Of a DNA stretch of 64,000 nucleotides, positions 38,254 through 51,509 are shown in pieces (the stretch's first letter is position 1; every line of letters starts with the position of its first letter). The position numbers and the translations under genes are program-made. The DNA lies in assembly GCF_037042905.1 (NCBI RefSeq), contig NC_087245.1, forward strand, positions 15,130,001 through 15,194,000. Reading direction: 5' to 3'. This DNA comes from Lytechinus pictus. Lineage: Eukaryota. The notes under the pieces were generated by a model. That model had not been told where the DNA came from. It did no database searches and saw only the letters and a program-made list of their open reading frames with translations.

Positions 38254-39130
38254 TTTTTGTCTCACCTGCATAGCAGAGCGAGACTGTAGGCGCTGCTTAT
38301 CCGACGGCGGGGGCGGCGTCAACATCAATTCTTAACCTAAGGTTAAGTTTTTTAAATGACATCATAACTTAGAAAACATATGGACCTAGTTCATGAAACT
38401 TGGACAGAAGAATTATCAAATTTTACTGAACATCTTGCCTTGGTTTCAGGTCACATGGCCAAGGTCAAAGGTCATTTAGGGTCAATGAACTTAGACCATG
38501 TTGGAGGAATCAATTTTGAAATCTTAACCTAAGGTTAGGTTTTTGAAATGTCATCATAACTTAGAAAGCATATGGACCTAGTTCATGAAGCTATCACAAG
38601 GTAATGAAGTACTACTGAACATCCTGTCAGAGTTTCAGGTCACATGACCAAGGTCAAAGGTCATTTAGGGTCAATGAACTTCGGGCATATTAGGGGTATT
38701 TGTTGAATTTCCATCATAACTTTAAATTTTTATGGAGCTAGTTCATAAAACTTGGACATAGAGTAATCAAGTATCACTAAACATCCTGTGCGAGTTTCAG
38801 GTCACATGACCAAGGTCAAAGGTCATTTAGGGTCAATAACTTTGGCCATGTTGGGTTTATTTATTGAATTGGCATTGTAACTTAGAAAGTTTATGGATCT
38901 TGTTCATGAAAGGGTAATCAAGTATAAATGATTGTTTTGCACACATCTTAGATCACATGATCATGGTCAAAGGTCATTTTGGGTCAACGAACATAGTGAA
39001 CATAGTATTTTATTATCATGTGAATGTTTTCTTTTGTGAATAATTATTCAATAGCTGTTTTCAAAGTCAGCACTGCTGCTATATCGAATTGCGTTATGCA
39101 GGTGAGACTGCCAGAGGCGTTCCACTTGTT
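38254..39130 (+). mobile_element. Helentron/DINE-like family H1, copy 3
   Basis: Same termini (ttttgtctcacctgcat...gttccacttgtt); four units. Confidence 0.8.
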
Positions 39131-40130
39131 ATTATATTAATCAGTTTTATGTATTATGATAAACCACAAACAAATGTAATGATTAATCAATAAATTCAAA
39201 TCAAATCAGTAAAAAAATAAGAACAAAAGACTTTTAGCATGTTATTGAAGTGAGAGATTAATAAAGGTCCCCTGACATACATGTACGAATTCATGTTATC
39301 TTCAGTTAATGTGTAGGAGTCTCTGCTTCACTAAATACCTTTTGAGTTTAGATGTGCATCATATAATTTCAATATTTTTATTTCATTTTTCTTGCATTTA
39401 CCTGCAGTACACTACGCCCCGCGCCATTAAAATCCACTATATAATTTTTTGCCTCTTGTGATGTCACAGGAGGCAGAAATAAGCATAACAATACTGCTAT
39501 GTAAAAACTTGCCATAATTATGTGCTATTGCTAACAATCACAAGTCTTCAAACAACACAAGGGCCTGCATAGCAACCATTCAAACTGTCATTTAGTTACT
39601 GCCTGTGAGGTGGTATTGTATGAAGACTTGTAATTGTTTCCTTGATTTTAATTGGCTCAGAGGCACTGTTGCTATAAAATAACTGCCGGATGAAACAGGA
39701 GTAATCGGATAAAACGTCAGAAAATCCTTTCATGAAAAGCTCCCCTGATTTGGGTTTGTTCAATTTTTTTCTTGTTTATCTATAAAATGAAATAAGCTTT
39801 TAGGTGGAATTGATGTGCAATTAGTAGGAGTGTAGTAAAGTGGTGCAAGCCTTCAAGCAATTCACTGATTTCAGGACCTGACAAATTCCCATTTTGGGCT
39901 TTTCAATCTTTCTATTGTGTAGGATATATTGGCCTTATTTTCTGGCTTCTTTCAACTCCAATAAATAAAACTTACTGGTACCCCAGACTTATGTATTTTT
40001 ATTTCACAATGGCAGAGGAATAAATTTTGACAGTGTCCAGTTGAAAATCCATATTCATGTGGCTTACAACCTAGATTTTATTAGCCCTTTTGAAGAGAAA
40101 ATGTTGATGTAATATTTTTTTTCCATGCAG

Positions 40131-40306
40131 TAAGTCAAGATCCAAGGATAGCAAACAGCGATATTTTCAATGGCTTCCTCCTGACATCACAGAAAGAGAC
40201 AAGAAAGGAAGAACCTGAAGATGTTCAGCTTGAAGTCTTTATGATGAACGGAAGTAGGGTCAAAGTGGACATCAAATCAACAGATCAGACAGATGATGTT
40301 TTAGAG
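40131..40306 (+). CDS. SNX17: SNX17 exon 3
   Basis: tgcag|; SQDPRIANSDIFNGFL...STDQTDDVLE; |gtgtgt; phase 1 to 0. Confidence 0.93.
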
Positions 40307-40336
40307 GTGTGTTGCCTTTTAATCTTACCTCAAATA

Positions 40337-41086
40337 CAGTCCGACCTCTCTTATCCGGACACGTTGGGACCAGCACCAATCCGGATAAGGGATTTATCCG
40401 GATCTGGGAGACCCAATATTAAATACACGCAGCTGCCTCCCCAACAGTGGTAGCTACACGCAATCTATTGTAGTGGGCGTACAGACAGTATTCACTGCAG
40501 TGTCAGTGCAAATTATAGGCAGTATTTTTACGGAAAAGAAATCGATCGATGGCCAAAACTCTCGGATGATTTACCTGCTAAAATGATTGAGGTATACATC
40601 GAGCATACCTCGAAAGAAAGAGAATGACTTGATGAAACTAAGTTTTACAATTAGATGATCGCGGCGGGTATCACAGCTTCGCAATGTCAGCCATTGTTAT
40701 AACTGTAGGCTCAAACATGATAGATGGCACTGTCAGTATTGAGGCCTGAAGCGCTAGCTAGCCAGACATGTGTTGTTTTTTCCCGGGAAATGAAAAGAGA
40801 TTGTGATGAAATGTTTGCGCTGCGCCCTGATTTACTGGAAAATTATCCTGTGTAAGTTCTTTCGGTGATTAAGGCGAGATGTTTTCATGACAAATAATGT
40901 TGTTGTAGGTAGACTATATTTTAAAAAATGTATGTAATCAAAGTGAGTTTGCATATAGGATTGAGTTTAGATTGAAATCTCATTCCCCACGTACTAGATT
41001 GAATTGGAAAAAAAATCTTGGCAAGTGTGCATCCGGATGATAGAGAGATCCTGATAAGGGGAGGCTGGATAAGAGAGGTCGGACTG
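40337..41086. mobile_element. Tc1/mariner (pogo/Tigger-like) MITE
   Basis: ta|cagtccgacctctcttatcc...ggataagagaggtcggactg|ta; perfect 20-bp TIR. Confidence 0.85.
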
Positions 41087-42585
41087 TACTAGTATTTGGG
41101 AAAATCACTTTGTGTTGAAATTAATAGATTCCATCATACAATGTCCTATTTAATCCAAAGCTATATTTCTGAATAAGATATGCATGCCATTTTGAAGGGA
41201 AGACCTTAGGGTTTGGTGTCATGGCAGCCATATGTTTGTTAGCTATTTTAGTATAAAATGTTTTATTGCCCCATTTGCAATTTCCATAAAATTTCAAAGT
41301 TATTGTGTACCGGATAAAAATGTTTAAGCTTTGGGAGAGTATTTGAATAATTGAACTATTTGAATCGTCTTCTGCCCATCAGAAATACAGTATCAAATAT
41401 TTTCTAACTGAATGTTTTTCCCACAGTATATTCAAACGTCCATGTTTCTGTAAATATAAATTACAAAATTGCTATATTCAAACACAAAACTGGTAAGAAC
41501 GCACAAACATAGGAAATTAATTTACATCACAGAATATACCAATATATACCAAAACAGTATTACAGTATGGTTCAGTCTGTGGGATATATATTAATTTTTA
41601 TATTTCTTCACTGGTATTGCAGTTTCATATTGGCAGGTATACTGTAGCATGCATATCCATAGTACAATAAATACTCAATACCGTTTTCATGAAGTCAAAC
41701 ATTCTCAGTCTTGATATATTTTGCAATGAAAACTCTTTCGGAAAGTGACTTTGTACTATTGTACATATTTTTAGTCATATGTCATAACAGACATGAAGTT
41801 GATAAGATATCGGAACATGTTTTCAAAATAAACACAGAATGGAGATCATTTTGTAATGTTGACAAATCTGGAGAGGATTGCACTCGTGACCTGTGGATGA
41901 AACACCCAAGGTTTGTGTAAGGTGTTGAATTTTATATGTAATGTTGTTCACATGCTTGACACTTTGCAAGTATGTGCTCAGATCTTAATAGAGAGCCTTT
42001 TACCACGTAAGCACATTGGGTAAAAAGCACAGGGGTACAGTTCGTGATTTACAATCACATGCCATATAAAAAAAGTAGGTTCCAAGACATTCTTTGCCAA
42101 GTTGTACTTTTTGGGAATTAATGAAACAGAGTAAAAGTTCGATCAATAATTTTGTAGTATGCATGTAAGTGTTTAAATGGCCTTTATCATAAAACTAATG
42201 ACGTCATAGAAATTAAGAGGGCTTAATCTGATTTAAATATTCACCAAATTCAATTTCCATGATGAATTAACAAAAACTGATATAATGAACAAGATAATTT
42301 ATGCGAGATTAACTTAGAATAATGATCTTTACCAAAAAAACTTTAAGTAGAGGAGGCAGCCAAGTGGTTATTAGCACCCGTTGTTACCCATTGACCTCAA
42401 ATTGTTTTCATTGTTTCATTTGGCCTGAATCATCCCAGACATAGGCTTAATCAATTAAATGTGAGGATCTGGGGTTTGATTCCCCACTAAAGGCACTTCT
42501 AACCTCATGCAATGCATTTTATGAATATTTCAGTATTTTCTGTTATCATACTTCTGATTAATGTTGAGAATATTTGTGTATGAGA

Positions 42586-43570
42586 TTTTTTATGGCCCCG
42601 CAGACGAAGTCCGGAGGGGGCATTAAGCGTTGCCCCTGTCCATCCGTCAGCGGCATACCCAAGATTTTCCAAAAGGGGGGCAAATTTTTTGGAGGATATT
42701 TCGTCCGCGAAAAAAAAAAAAAAAAGGTCTTCACGTTCAAAAGAGGGGGCACACGTCGTTTTTTTTTGCATATTTACATTACAAATTATTAATTTTGCTT
42801 CTCAAAAGGGGGGGGGGACGTCCCATGGATTAGTTGTGACTCGTCAGGGGGGCAGTCTGCCCCCCCCCTTAGGTACGCTAGTGCCGTCCGTCCGTCCCCA
42901 AACTTGGTTTCCGCACAATTTTGTGTGGTGGTAGATGACACCAAAATACAGGCTAAGTTTGAATTCGAAGTCTGCAGGTCAAAGGTCACAGCTCATTAAA
43001 TATGCAAGTTGGTTTCCGCGCAATAACAAAAAAAATATTGAATGGATTTTAAAAAAATTTGGTGTATAGCTAGATGACAGCAAAATACAGGCTAAGATCG
43101 AATTCGGAGTCCGCAGGTCAAAGGTCACAGCTCATTAAATATGCGAGTTGGTTTCTGCATGATAACGTATGAAATATTCAACAGATTTTAAAAAAATTTG
43201 GTGTGTTGGTAGATGACAGCAAAATACAGGCTAACTTTAATAGAATTCAGAGTCCGCAGGTCAACGGTCACAGCTCATTAATTATGCGAGTTGGTTTCCG
43301 CGCAATAACTCAAAAAGTGTTTAATGGATCAAAGAAAATTTTGGTGTGGAGGTAGATGACACCAAAATACAGGCTAAGTTCGAATTCGGAGTCAGCAGGT
43401 CAAAGGTCACAGCTCAATATATATGCGAGTTGGTTCAAAGGTCTAAATTTGTTCATTATATATATGCATATTGGTTTCTGCACGATATTAAGTTCAATCA
43501 TATTGAATGAATTTCTGATCGCGTTAAGCGGGGGTATCTGTGTCCTTTGGACGCGTCAAATTTATAGTTT
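42586..43570 (+). mobile_element. Helentron/DINE-like family H2 with ~140-bp tandem units
   Basis: T-run start, imperfect subTIR (ccccgc/gcgggg), (GTCC)n microsatellite, four units (42976, 43115, 43258, 43397), 3' hairpin gtcc-ttt-ggac. Confidence 0.7.
42648..42883. mobile_element. hAT-like MITE (same family as 20329) nested in the H2 microsatellite
   Basis: TSD ccatccgt/ccgtccgt; same right end (gactcgtcaggggggcagtctgcccc...aggtacgctagtg). Confidence 0.8.
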
Positions 43571-43642
43571 CTCTTAGAAATAATACTAGATAAATAATGA
43601 TACAAAGTAGTAATCAATCTTTGTTTTTATTTGTTGATCCAG

Positions 43643-43736
43643 AGAGTGACATCAGAGATAGGTTTACCTGAGCAGTTCACCTACTACTTTGCTCTCTTTC
43701 TGGTTATCAAAGACAAGGAGGAAGAAGCTGGAACCA
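43643..43736 (+). CDS. SNX17: SNX17 exon 4
   Basis: tccag|; RVTSEIGLPEQFTYYFALFLVIKDKEEEAGT; A|gtaaga. Confidence 0.92.
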
Positions 43737-44115
43737 GTAAGAACCCTCTTATTAAACTCACCTAATGCTGCAGTCAAATTTCCCCTATGGTGTCCGCATG
43801 ATGAGTAAAAACAGTCGCTTTACAGATTTCTATACCAAACACATATACAGGAAGCTGGTACAAAAATGATAAAAATTGCTGTTTTCAACTCGCCATACGG
43901 CCATCGTAAGTGGTATGAGACTATGCCATTACTTTGTGCAAACCACTGCAATGAGATTTCATAAATTAAATCATTTATACCCACTTAAACCACCAAAAAA
44001 AAATCAGTCAGAGTTGATAAGGTCATCTTACAATGCATACTTATTTTCAGAAAGGTGATATTAATCTAGAGTTGTAGTTGCATCAGAGCAGCCTTATGAT
44101 CTTCTACAATCTTAA

Positions 44116-44981
44116 AGACCCTGACCGGTGTAAAAACAGTCATATATCAAAATAAAGGTAATGATTCATACAATACAAATATACCAAAAATATTACATAT
44201 ATATCCTTCCATTTCTGACAAATATTAAATAAAAATCAAAGAAACTGCTCCTCCAAAGTACGCTTCGATTGAGCACCCCCACGTCGCCTAGAAATGATGA
44301 CGTCACGTTGTGTCAGGAGGGATGTGATTCCATAGGTTTGTGTACAAAAGCATTGGGTATTTTCTTCCATTTCCATGTTATGAATCCATATTTTTTTTTC
44401 GTTTTCAGATGAAAATGGCACTCAAAATTATTCACTGTTCAAATTGTTGTAAACCTACAACTATTCACTACCTTTTTTGTGATTTCTTTGTTTGGCTCTT
44501 ATTGGGCCTAAATTGCTATGTCAGGAAAAGTTGTTATACATAATCTAAATGCAGATAGAATTGAAATCTGCGCCAAATAAGCAGGAAATAAAATATGGCA
44601 AAAACTAGTTCAAAACTGTAGATTTCATAAATTCAAGCTTGTGGGTAAAAATATATGTGATATCCCTCTGTGATAGAAGTGAAGAGAATGAAATGCGTTA
44701 TCTGGAAAGCAAAAAATCACCCAGTTTTTCTGTGTACAAACCTATGGAATCACGACGCTTCTTACACAACGTGACGTCACGGTCTCGAGGCAGGTGAAAA
44801 GCACAATAAAGCCTATTTTCTAAGCGGGGTTCGAAGCCCGATAATTGGAATATTCACAAGCAAAATACTCAGCTGGGAAGCGGTGAAAATGCATAAAGCA
44901 TACCTTGCTGTATTTAGTAGCTTATAAGCTTTCGATTGGTATATAATTTATCAATTTCATTTTCGGGTCCGGTCTGGATCT
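44116..44981. mobile_element. TTAA-flanked Kolobok-like element
   Basis: ttaa|agaccctgaccgg...ccggtctggatct|ttaa; internal inverted pair at ~44298-44350/44730-44780. Confidence 0.6.
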
Positions 44982-45677
44982 TTAAACTGATTTGGCATTT
45001 ATTTTGGCTGTTCTAGAATGTAACAAACGTTAACTGTACACGTACTAGATTCATATGCAGTGTATTTACATATTATATTGTTTAGAACCTGAACAAAGAA
45101 AAACTTTGGTGCTTTTGCAATTTGTTACCAAAATTACATTGCAATAAATATGTTTTATTATTTTTCCTATACACTGTTATTCATATTTTAATCTGTCTTG
45201 GTCAATAGAACATGAGGCTCCCTGAAAGCGTTTGTAAACCTAGTACCCAATTTTATTTGCTACATGTTGCCAATCCATCCACCAAGTACAGATTATTTCC
45301 GTCATGCAATGAAAAGTGTGCAAAATAAATTGTGGTTAAATGACAAGAAAACAATAATATTGGTATAAAATAAATGTTCAGGAATTCTTTGTTAGAGACA
45401 CAAGTAAATTCTGAATCACAAGATTTGCAAGTAGCATTCCCCTTCTAATGGGCGTTCCATCTGAAAACAGTCACCCCAAATCTTATAATAGGAAAGAAAA
45501 AAAATTGAGTCCTAGAATTTTCTTAGAATAAGAAGACGTCTTGTGAGGCTTATTGTATTGATGGCAATGATTTCTAGTGAAGTATAGATTTAACAATAAT
45601 ATCACCATGGAAATATGATATTGTTCAAGTTATTGGTAAAGTAATTTTGAAACAAATTTTGATCAATTATGTTTCAG

Positions 45678-45762
45678 TCATCAGAAGAATCCAAGATTTC
45701 GAATCGCCTTATATTTCATTGAAAGCTGCCACAGGAACATGCAAAATAGTCCTCAGAAGAAA
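45678..45762 (+). CDS. SNX17: SNX17 exon 5
   Basis: ttcag|; IRRIQDFESPYISLKAATGTCKIVLRR; |gtgagt. Confidence 0.92.
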
Positions 45763-45897
45763 GTGAGTATCAGAAGAGATTTTAAGAAAATAGATTTCCT
45801 GGGGGTCATTTCACAAATTTATGTGTACAATGTAAGGTACACATGACATTTTCTCCATAATATGAGCGTGATTCTGATAACCTTTTCAAAAGGTCTG

Positions 45898-46177
45898 GCG
45901 TCCTTTGGCAAGGCGTTAATCCACACTTTGCCACTCTCGACCCTGGTGCTAAATAGGTACCCGGTAGGATATGAAAGTCATTGTCGCTTGTCTAGTACTG
46001 TGTGCGCCTCACCGGCGACTAACTGGAATACTCCCAGGGAGTGAAGGATGTGCATACATTGTGTGCGGGAATGACTGATTGAATCCGATGACTGGGGTAA
46101 TAATATATCTGTAAAGCGCTTAGACACGTTGTTCTGATGTATTAAGCGCTATATAGAAGCGGAATATTATTATTATT
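45898..46177 (+). mobile_element. 5'-truncated SINE with conserved core and L2-like tail
   Basis: Core ccactctcgaccctggtgctaaataggtacc; tail gtaaagcgcttaga...taagcgctatata followed by (TAT)n. Confidence 0.65.
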
Positions 46178-46744
46178 AAAATGTAGAATTGTCTATTCAG
46201 ATGCATGTTAAAAGGTATTTCAATACACAAAGATCAGATTTCATCTGCAGCTGATGGGAATCAAAATGATTGAGAATCTTATTCAACATCCACGGAAGGG
46301 TCACCAGTTATGTGTGAGCAGTTACATACCTGTACATGATATCTTGCAATTTATATTTATAAGCAAATATCCAGAAGGCTGCACTATTTCAATTCCTGTT
46401 AAGTACATGTAAACTAAAAACAGTGTACAAACTGAGAAAGATAAGGTTGTGTGGGTGCATTGCCTTTAAGGTATGTCAAACCACTTCTCTTTACTACTCT
46501 TGACCTTTTATGTCAGTATTTGTAATAGATTTATATTCTCTGAATGAGATTAGTCAATATTGAGAATCAACACACAATATTGAGAATCAACACATAATAT
46601 GCATATGATTTGTCCAAGATATACAATGCGTGTCTCTGAAAGTTTTTTAATCTGTTGATAAATGTGTTTAATCATGCATGCTTGTGACGTAAAAGCATTT
46701 ATTTCTACATGCTTCTGGAAAATTGAAAGCTTTTTTTCTTTTAA

Positions 46745-46796
46745 GGCTCTGTGGTAGAGCACCTGCCCTGTGAATTGGGAGTCATGGGTTCAATCC
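46745..46796 (+). repeat. tRNA-derived SINE head remnant
   Basis: A-box-like tggtagagc and B-box-like ggttcaatcc; no complete cloverleaf. Confidence 0.4.
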
Positions 46797-47218
46797 ATAT
46801 CTACAAAGTTCCCAGCCCATCAGGGAAATCAGGGGAAATTATTTTACTTTTTTCCAGTCAGGGAAAAAATCAGGGAATTTGATAAGAAAATATATCTCAA
46901 ATCAGGGTAAAATGCCTCATCAGAGAAATTCTATAATAAAATATTAGCTTGAAGAGCAGCTAACAAAAACCAAGTTGCTGCCCTGAATAGATTATTACAC
47001 ACATGCTGTATGCACACTTACACTTAAAAGTGGACATTTATATCCTATATTCACACCCTGATACAGTATGTAGCTGATTAAGATTTGAGTCAAAATCGAT
47101 TAAAACTAAAAATTCTTTTGCACATCCAACTATGGATTTCTTGTCATTTTTTTAACATTCCCATTAAGCTATCCCCCATACAAATGACAACCACCTTTTT
47201 TTGTTTGTTATCTTGCAG

Positions 47219-47288
47219 TTACTGGGATCCAAATTATGATAGTGATCTTCTTGATGATAGGGTTGCTCTACAGTTACTATATGTTCAG
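47219..47288 (+). CDS. SNX17: SNX17 exon 6
   Basis: tgcag|; YWDPNYDSDLLDDRVALQLLYVQ; |gtttgt. Confidence 0.92.
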
Positions 47289-48402
47289 GTTTGTCTTTAC
47301 CCATTGATTTACCTTTAGTTTTGTAAAGTGGTTTGTTTCAGGATTGTACAATGTATTTTTTGTGGTCGCTAATAACGAACACATTATTTAAAGTGCCAAG
47401 TGATAGTATCATTAAGAAGGATGTAAAGTCTGAAATGTGGAGAAAGAGAATTAGCACTTTCCTTTTTGACAAGCTGTAGGCAGGATTTCCTCTGTTTGCC
47501 GAATAGATCTCATGATCAGGTGTATGTTATGAGTGTTGTATCATCAAAGCTTGTTTAGAAGGATGTTTGAATAAAGGATGTAATAATAAGTTTTCAACAA
47601 ATTAACTGCTGTATATTCATTCAGATCATAAAATTTACTATTATGCTAACTTTGCCATCCAATGGTAAATACCATGGTAATGCTGATCAACAGCCAATCA
47701 AAATTAAGGATTCCATACAAGTTACCATTGGATGGCAAAGTTACCATAATGGTAACTTTTATGGACAGGGCCCTGATATGTAACAAATTATTGCAGTGTA
47801 AGTCTTGTGTCAGTTCAATAAAATTATATCCAATATTTCCCTGTTATCTGTAATTTCTTAAGCAATGCTTAAAACACATTGTTCTTTGGATGGGATTTCA
47901 AATGAATTTTGGCAATGTGTAAGAAACACATTGTCATCGAATGATATAACTTCTCAATAAATCAGGAAATCCTACAAATCCCTCCTATTTTGCAGTTTCA
48001 GAGCAATGCTCATAAAAGGTGACATGTACATTGATCCCTTTTGAAGAATGCAAGACTTTGGGATGAGCCAGAATTACATTGTCATGGTAATTGATCCATA
48101 AGGTAGAAGAGGCCTACGGCTCACCATGCGGGCAATCTCGAAAAGAACTGCTACACAATGGAATGACAAAGAGGAAAACAGAATGTTAGATGAGAAAAAG
48201 AAGTCTCCCCCATCTTCAGTGTTTGAAAACTTTTTTATCTAGAAGTAGAGATAAAAATTTAAAGAGTAATAGAGAATACCATCAACACAATGTACTTTTC
48301 TGCCACTTTGATTGAACCACGTTTGTTGTCAATTTCCAAAGGCCAAGGCAGAACTGAATATGTGAAAAATCTTCATTATTTGTTTTTGTTTTCACTGTGT
48401 AG

Positions 48403-48495
48403 GCCCTTAGTGATGTTAGTAGAGGATGGGTGTTAGCTTCAGAAGATCAAATGGCCAGGTTACATTCCCTCAAGGCTAAGAATTCTAAGAAAGAG
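48403..48495 (+). CDS. SNX17: SNX17 exon 7
   Basis: tgtag|; ALSDVSRGWVLASEDQMARLHSLKAKNSKKE; |gtaggt. Confidence 0.92.
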
Positions 48496-49360
48496 GTAGG
48501 TACTGTTACACACAGTTCTTACACATATCCTTCAGATATTGATGATTCAAGAAATCACCTAAGGATTGCATTTATGCTGAATTTTAAGTTAAACCAATAC
48601 AACAATAACAACAACAAAAGTTCTTAGGAATACTGTTCATGCTCGACTGTTATCCTCTCAAGAGTGTTTAAGAAGTTGACAGATCCAACATCTTAAACAT
48701 GACATTCATTGTTGATATATTCGAAGCGTTTAGTGTCCCCTCTCAGTAATGTTATTACTTTTCTTTTAAAATAACACTTCAAGCTCTTATTTCATATATT
48801 TAGCAAATCAGTATTATTCATATACATGTATAATGTAATCTTGTATTTAAATTGAATAGTGCACTTTTGGAGGAATTTACAAAAACTTAAATCGGCTTTA
48901 GCATATCTTAATGATGTTTCATTACTTCTCTGGAAACCATGTTTTGATTTACACAATAATGCATTTTGGAACATACCATTTTGTGAGTTTATTATCATTG
49001 TCCTAATCAATGTCTCTACAATTTCTTTGAGGAAGGACCAAACCAACTAAGGAATAGATCTTATGGCCCTGATAGATTGAGCCTAAGCATACCCTTTGTT
49101 TATTACAAGAAGTTTAAGAAGATCTACATGTAATCAATTCACTTACAAGATTACAACAAAAGAACTCCCCAAATTAGAAGTACCTCTTGAATGATAATTT
49201 TCATTGCTGAAGCCATTCAATGTCTTTTTTTTTCATTAGTTACATTGGAATCTATATCTCTTTTCCTTTCACTTTATGATTTTATTTCATTATTTATTGT
49301 CCTCTTCTCTCCCCTGCCTATCATTTGATGTGTTTATCTCTCTCTTGTACCTTTCTATAG

Positions 49361-49564
49361 TATATCAAATTTGCACAAACCCTTAAGTACTATGGCACAT
49401 TGCAGTTCAAGCAGTGCACAGTCAACTACCCGGAACCAGAGACGAAGACAATTATCAATGCAGGTAACAAGGAACTCTACTTCAGAGTTGAACTTCCAGA
49501 CAAGTCAACCAAAGAGGGCATCTTCAAAATCACTAGGATGAGATGTTGGAGGATAACTAATAGT
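49361..49564 (+). CDS. SNX17: SNX17 exon 8 (FERM F3)
   Basis: tatag|; YIKFAQTLKYYGTLQF...EGIFKITRMRCWRITNS; |gtaagt. Confidence 0.94.
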
Positions 49565-49836
49565 GTAAGTCTCCTGTACCAAAGTGTGACATAAAATTTC
49601 TGGGGTTTTTTCGTGTATTTCAGCATTTCCACAAACATATATTGGGAGAGCATGGTGAAAACCTACAAATTTGACATATATTAGTTAATGGTGGCCCAAG
49701 GTAGATTCATATTTTCATGTCATCACATTAATCTGGGGAATGTTTCCTGAAGAGTTACTGCTATGATACCTTTGCCATTATGGCAACGACCATGGTAATA
49801 TTGCTCAACAGCCAGTGAAAGTCCATGCTAGTTGAA

Positions 49837-51208
49837 AGGAGTCCTTCAGGCTGAAAATAATCAAGCAAAATTCACCAAACATAATGCTGTTTATTTCATC
49901 GAAATCTGTTAACAAATAAGAAGTTGTTTTTATTTCATTTGAAATTTGAGCAACATTTTGTGAAAACATATATACTGTTTACAGTGCGTATCAAAAAAAG
50001 AGTTTACACTTTGAAAAAGCCCTGGGAATTAAAAAATATACAACATGTGGATAATTTTGTCATATATTTTCTTGTGTTTGGATCTCATCTATCCATTGAA
50101 AGTAGAAGTTAGGACAGAATGTTTCACTTGAGTGAGCACTGTCCATTTTTGTAAAGCTCGCAGAAATGCTCGTTTTCACGCTGTGTCAAGGGGAAAGGGC
50201 GAAATCAAACTTACCATGCGAAACATTTCTCATACATTTCCCTTGCACTTTTAGTCAATTGAAATAAAACGGATACATTCAAGCATTTTGTAACAATTTT
50301 GCCACCCAAATTGAAATTTCAACACTTAGTAAGCACAACCTTTACCCTTTTTGTGCCAGCTGGATCTGAGGACATAACTGAATCTGAACAAAAGTTTATA
50401 TCAGACATATCCAGCATTTTTTCATTAAGTTTTTATCATTTGAAGTGGGTTTACATTTCATTTTTCATGTAATACTTGTCTCTCCACACTTTTCCCCAAG
50501 CTTGACAATGATTAACAAAATAAAAATCAAGCCTTAGCCATTTCATGTAAATCACAACTCAGTGTAAAGCAAATATCGTCACGATGGCCTCGGTGTGTGG
50601 GGGAGTGGGGTGGGGCGCAGTGCATTCTTCGAAGTGTTTTGGGCAAGGAAACAAGTTTAAAAAGGTAAAGGATATCTTCAAATCAGTTTTACCAGCTAAA
50701 TTCCACGTGTTCTTCATGATTAAGGTATACCTTTATTCGCATAAGTATTTCAAGGTTCTGCGCAAATCATTTTTCACTAACTTTTCAAAAGTAAGTGGTG
50801 CTCACTCAAGCGGAAATATTTTTCGACAGTTATATTGTCATTTGCTTAAATGGATCTGTACCAATGTTAAAATGTGGAAAAATCTTCAGGATATTTTTTT
50901 GTATAATTTTACAGGATTTTTTCTAAGTGTAAACTTTTTTTTGATACGCAATGTATATGCACATGTCATGAATATACATTAGGTAAGCTGATTATGTCAT
51001 GTACCCTCAACCTTTCTTACTTTATTACATGAATTCATATTTTTCATATTTTCACAAATGTATGTGTAAAAATACATGTATAAGTTGTAGCAATGATTAT
51101 CTTACAAAATTGCATTTCTTGTCCAATTTTGATGAAATATTCAGTGTTTTATTTGTCTGATTTTATTTCATCCATTCAAATCACAATAATTTTTATCGGG
51201 AGTATCCT
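49837..51208. mobile_element. Degenerate Kolobok-like MITE hosting the Tc1-type element
   Basis: Both flanking halves resemble 17108-17681; right end tcct|ttaa. Confidence 0.55.
49982..50953. mobile_element. Tc1/mariner-type non-autonomous element
   Basis: ta|cagtgcgtatcaaaaaaagagtttacact...agtgtaaacttttttttgatacgcaatg|ta. Confidence 0.8.
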
Positions 51209-51278
51209 TTAATAATGGCAAAGTTAGAATAGTTGTTTAGTCTTTATGAAATAGCTTCCAGATGACCCTCTTCAGTTA

Positions 51279-51473
51279 GGTTCCATGTCGTTTGCTCCTG
51301 CGACAATTGCTCCTCTATTTGAATTACCAGCTTCAACGCTGGATTTTTAACACTACCCAACTGTGAACCCAATGTTAAACCTAACTTAAAACCTTGTGAC
51401 CTTTACCTTAACCCTACGTCTTAGACGAAATGAAGCTCGGAGCTACTGTCGAAGGAGCAAATGTCGTGTCACC
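51279..51473. mobile_element. MULE-like MITE with 9-bp TSD
   Basis: cttcagtta|gg...cc|cttcagtaa; inverted tttgctcct/aggagcaaa. Confidence 0.7.
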
Positions 51474-51509
51474 CTTCAGTAACCTTGTATTTTGTGTTGA
51501 TACACACAG

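Noticed and set aside
46745..46796. Functional tRNA gene
   Set aside because: Only A/B-box-like motifs; no acceptor stem can be formed.
50584..50982. 132-aa ORF as a transposase
   Set aside because: No HTH or DDE motifs are recognisable; it lies in the arm of a non-autonomous element.
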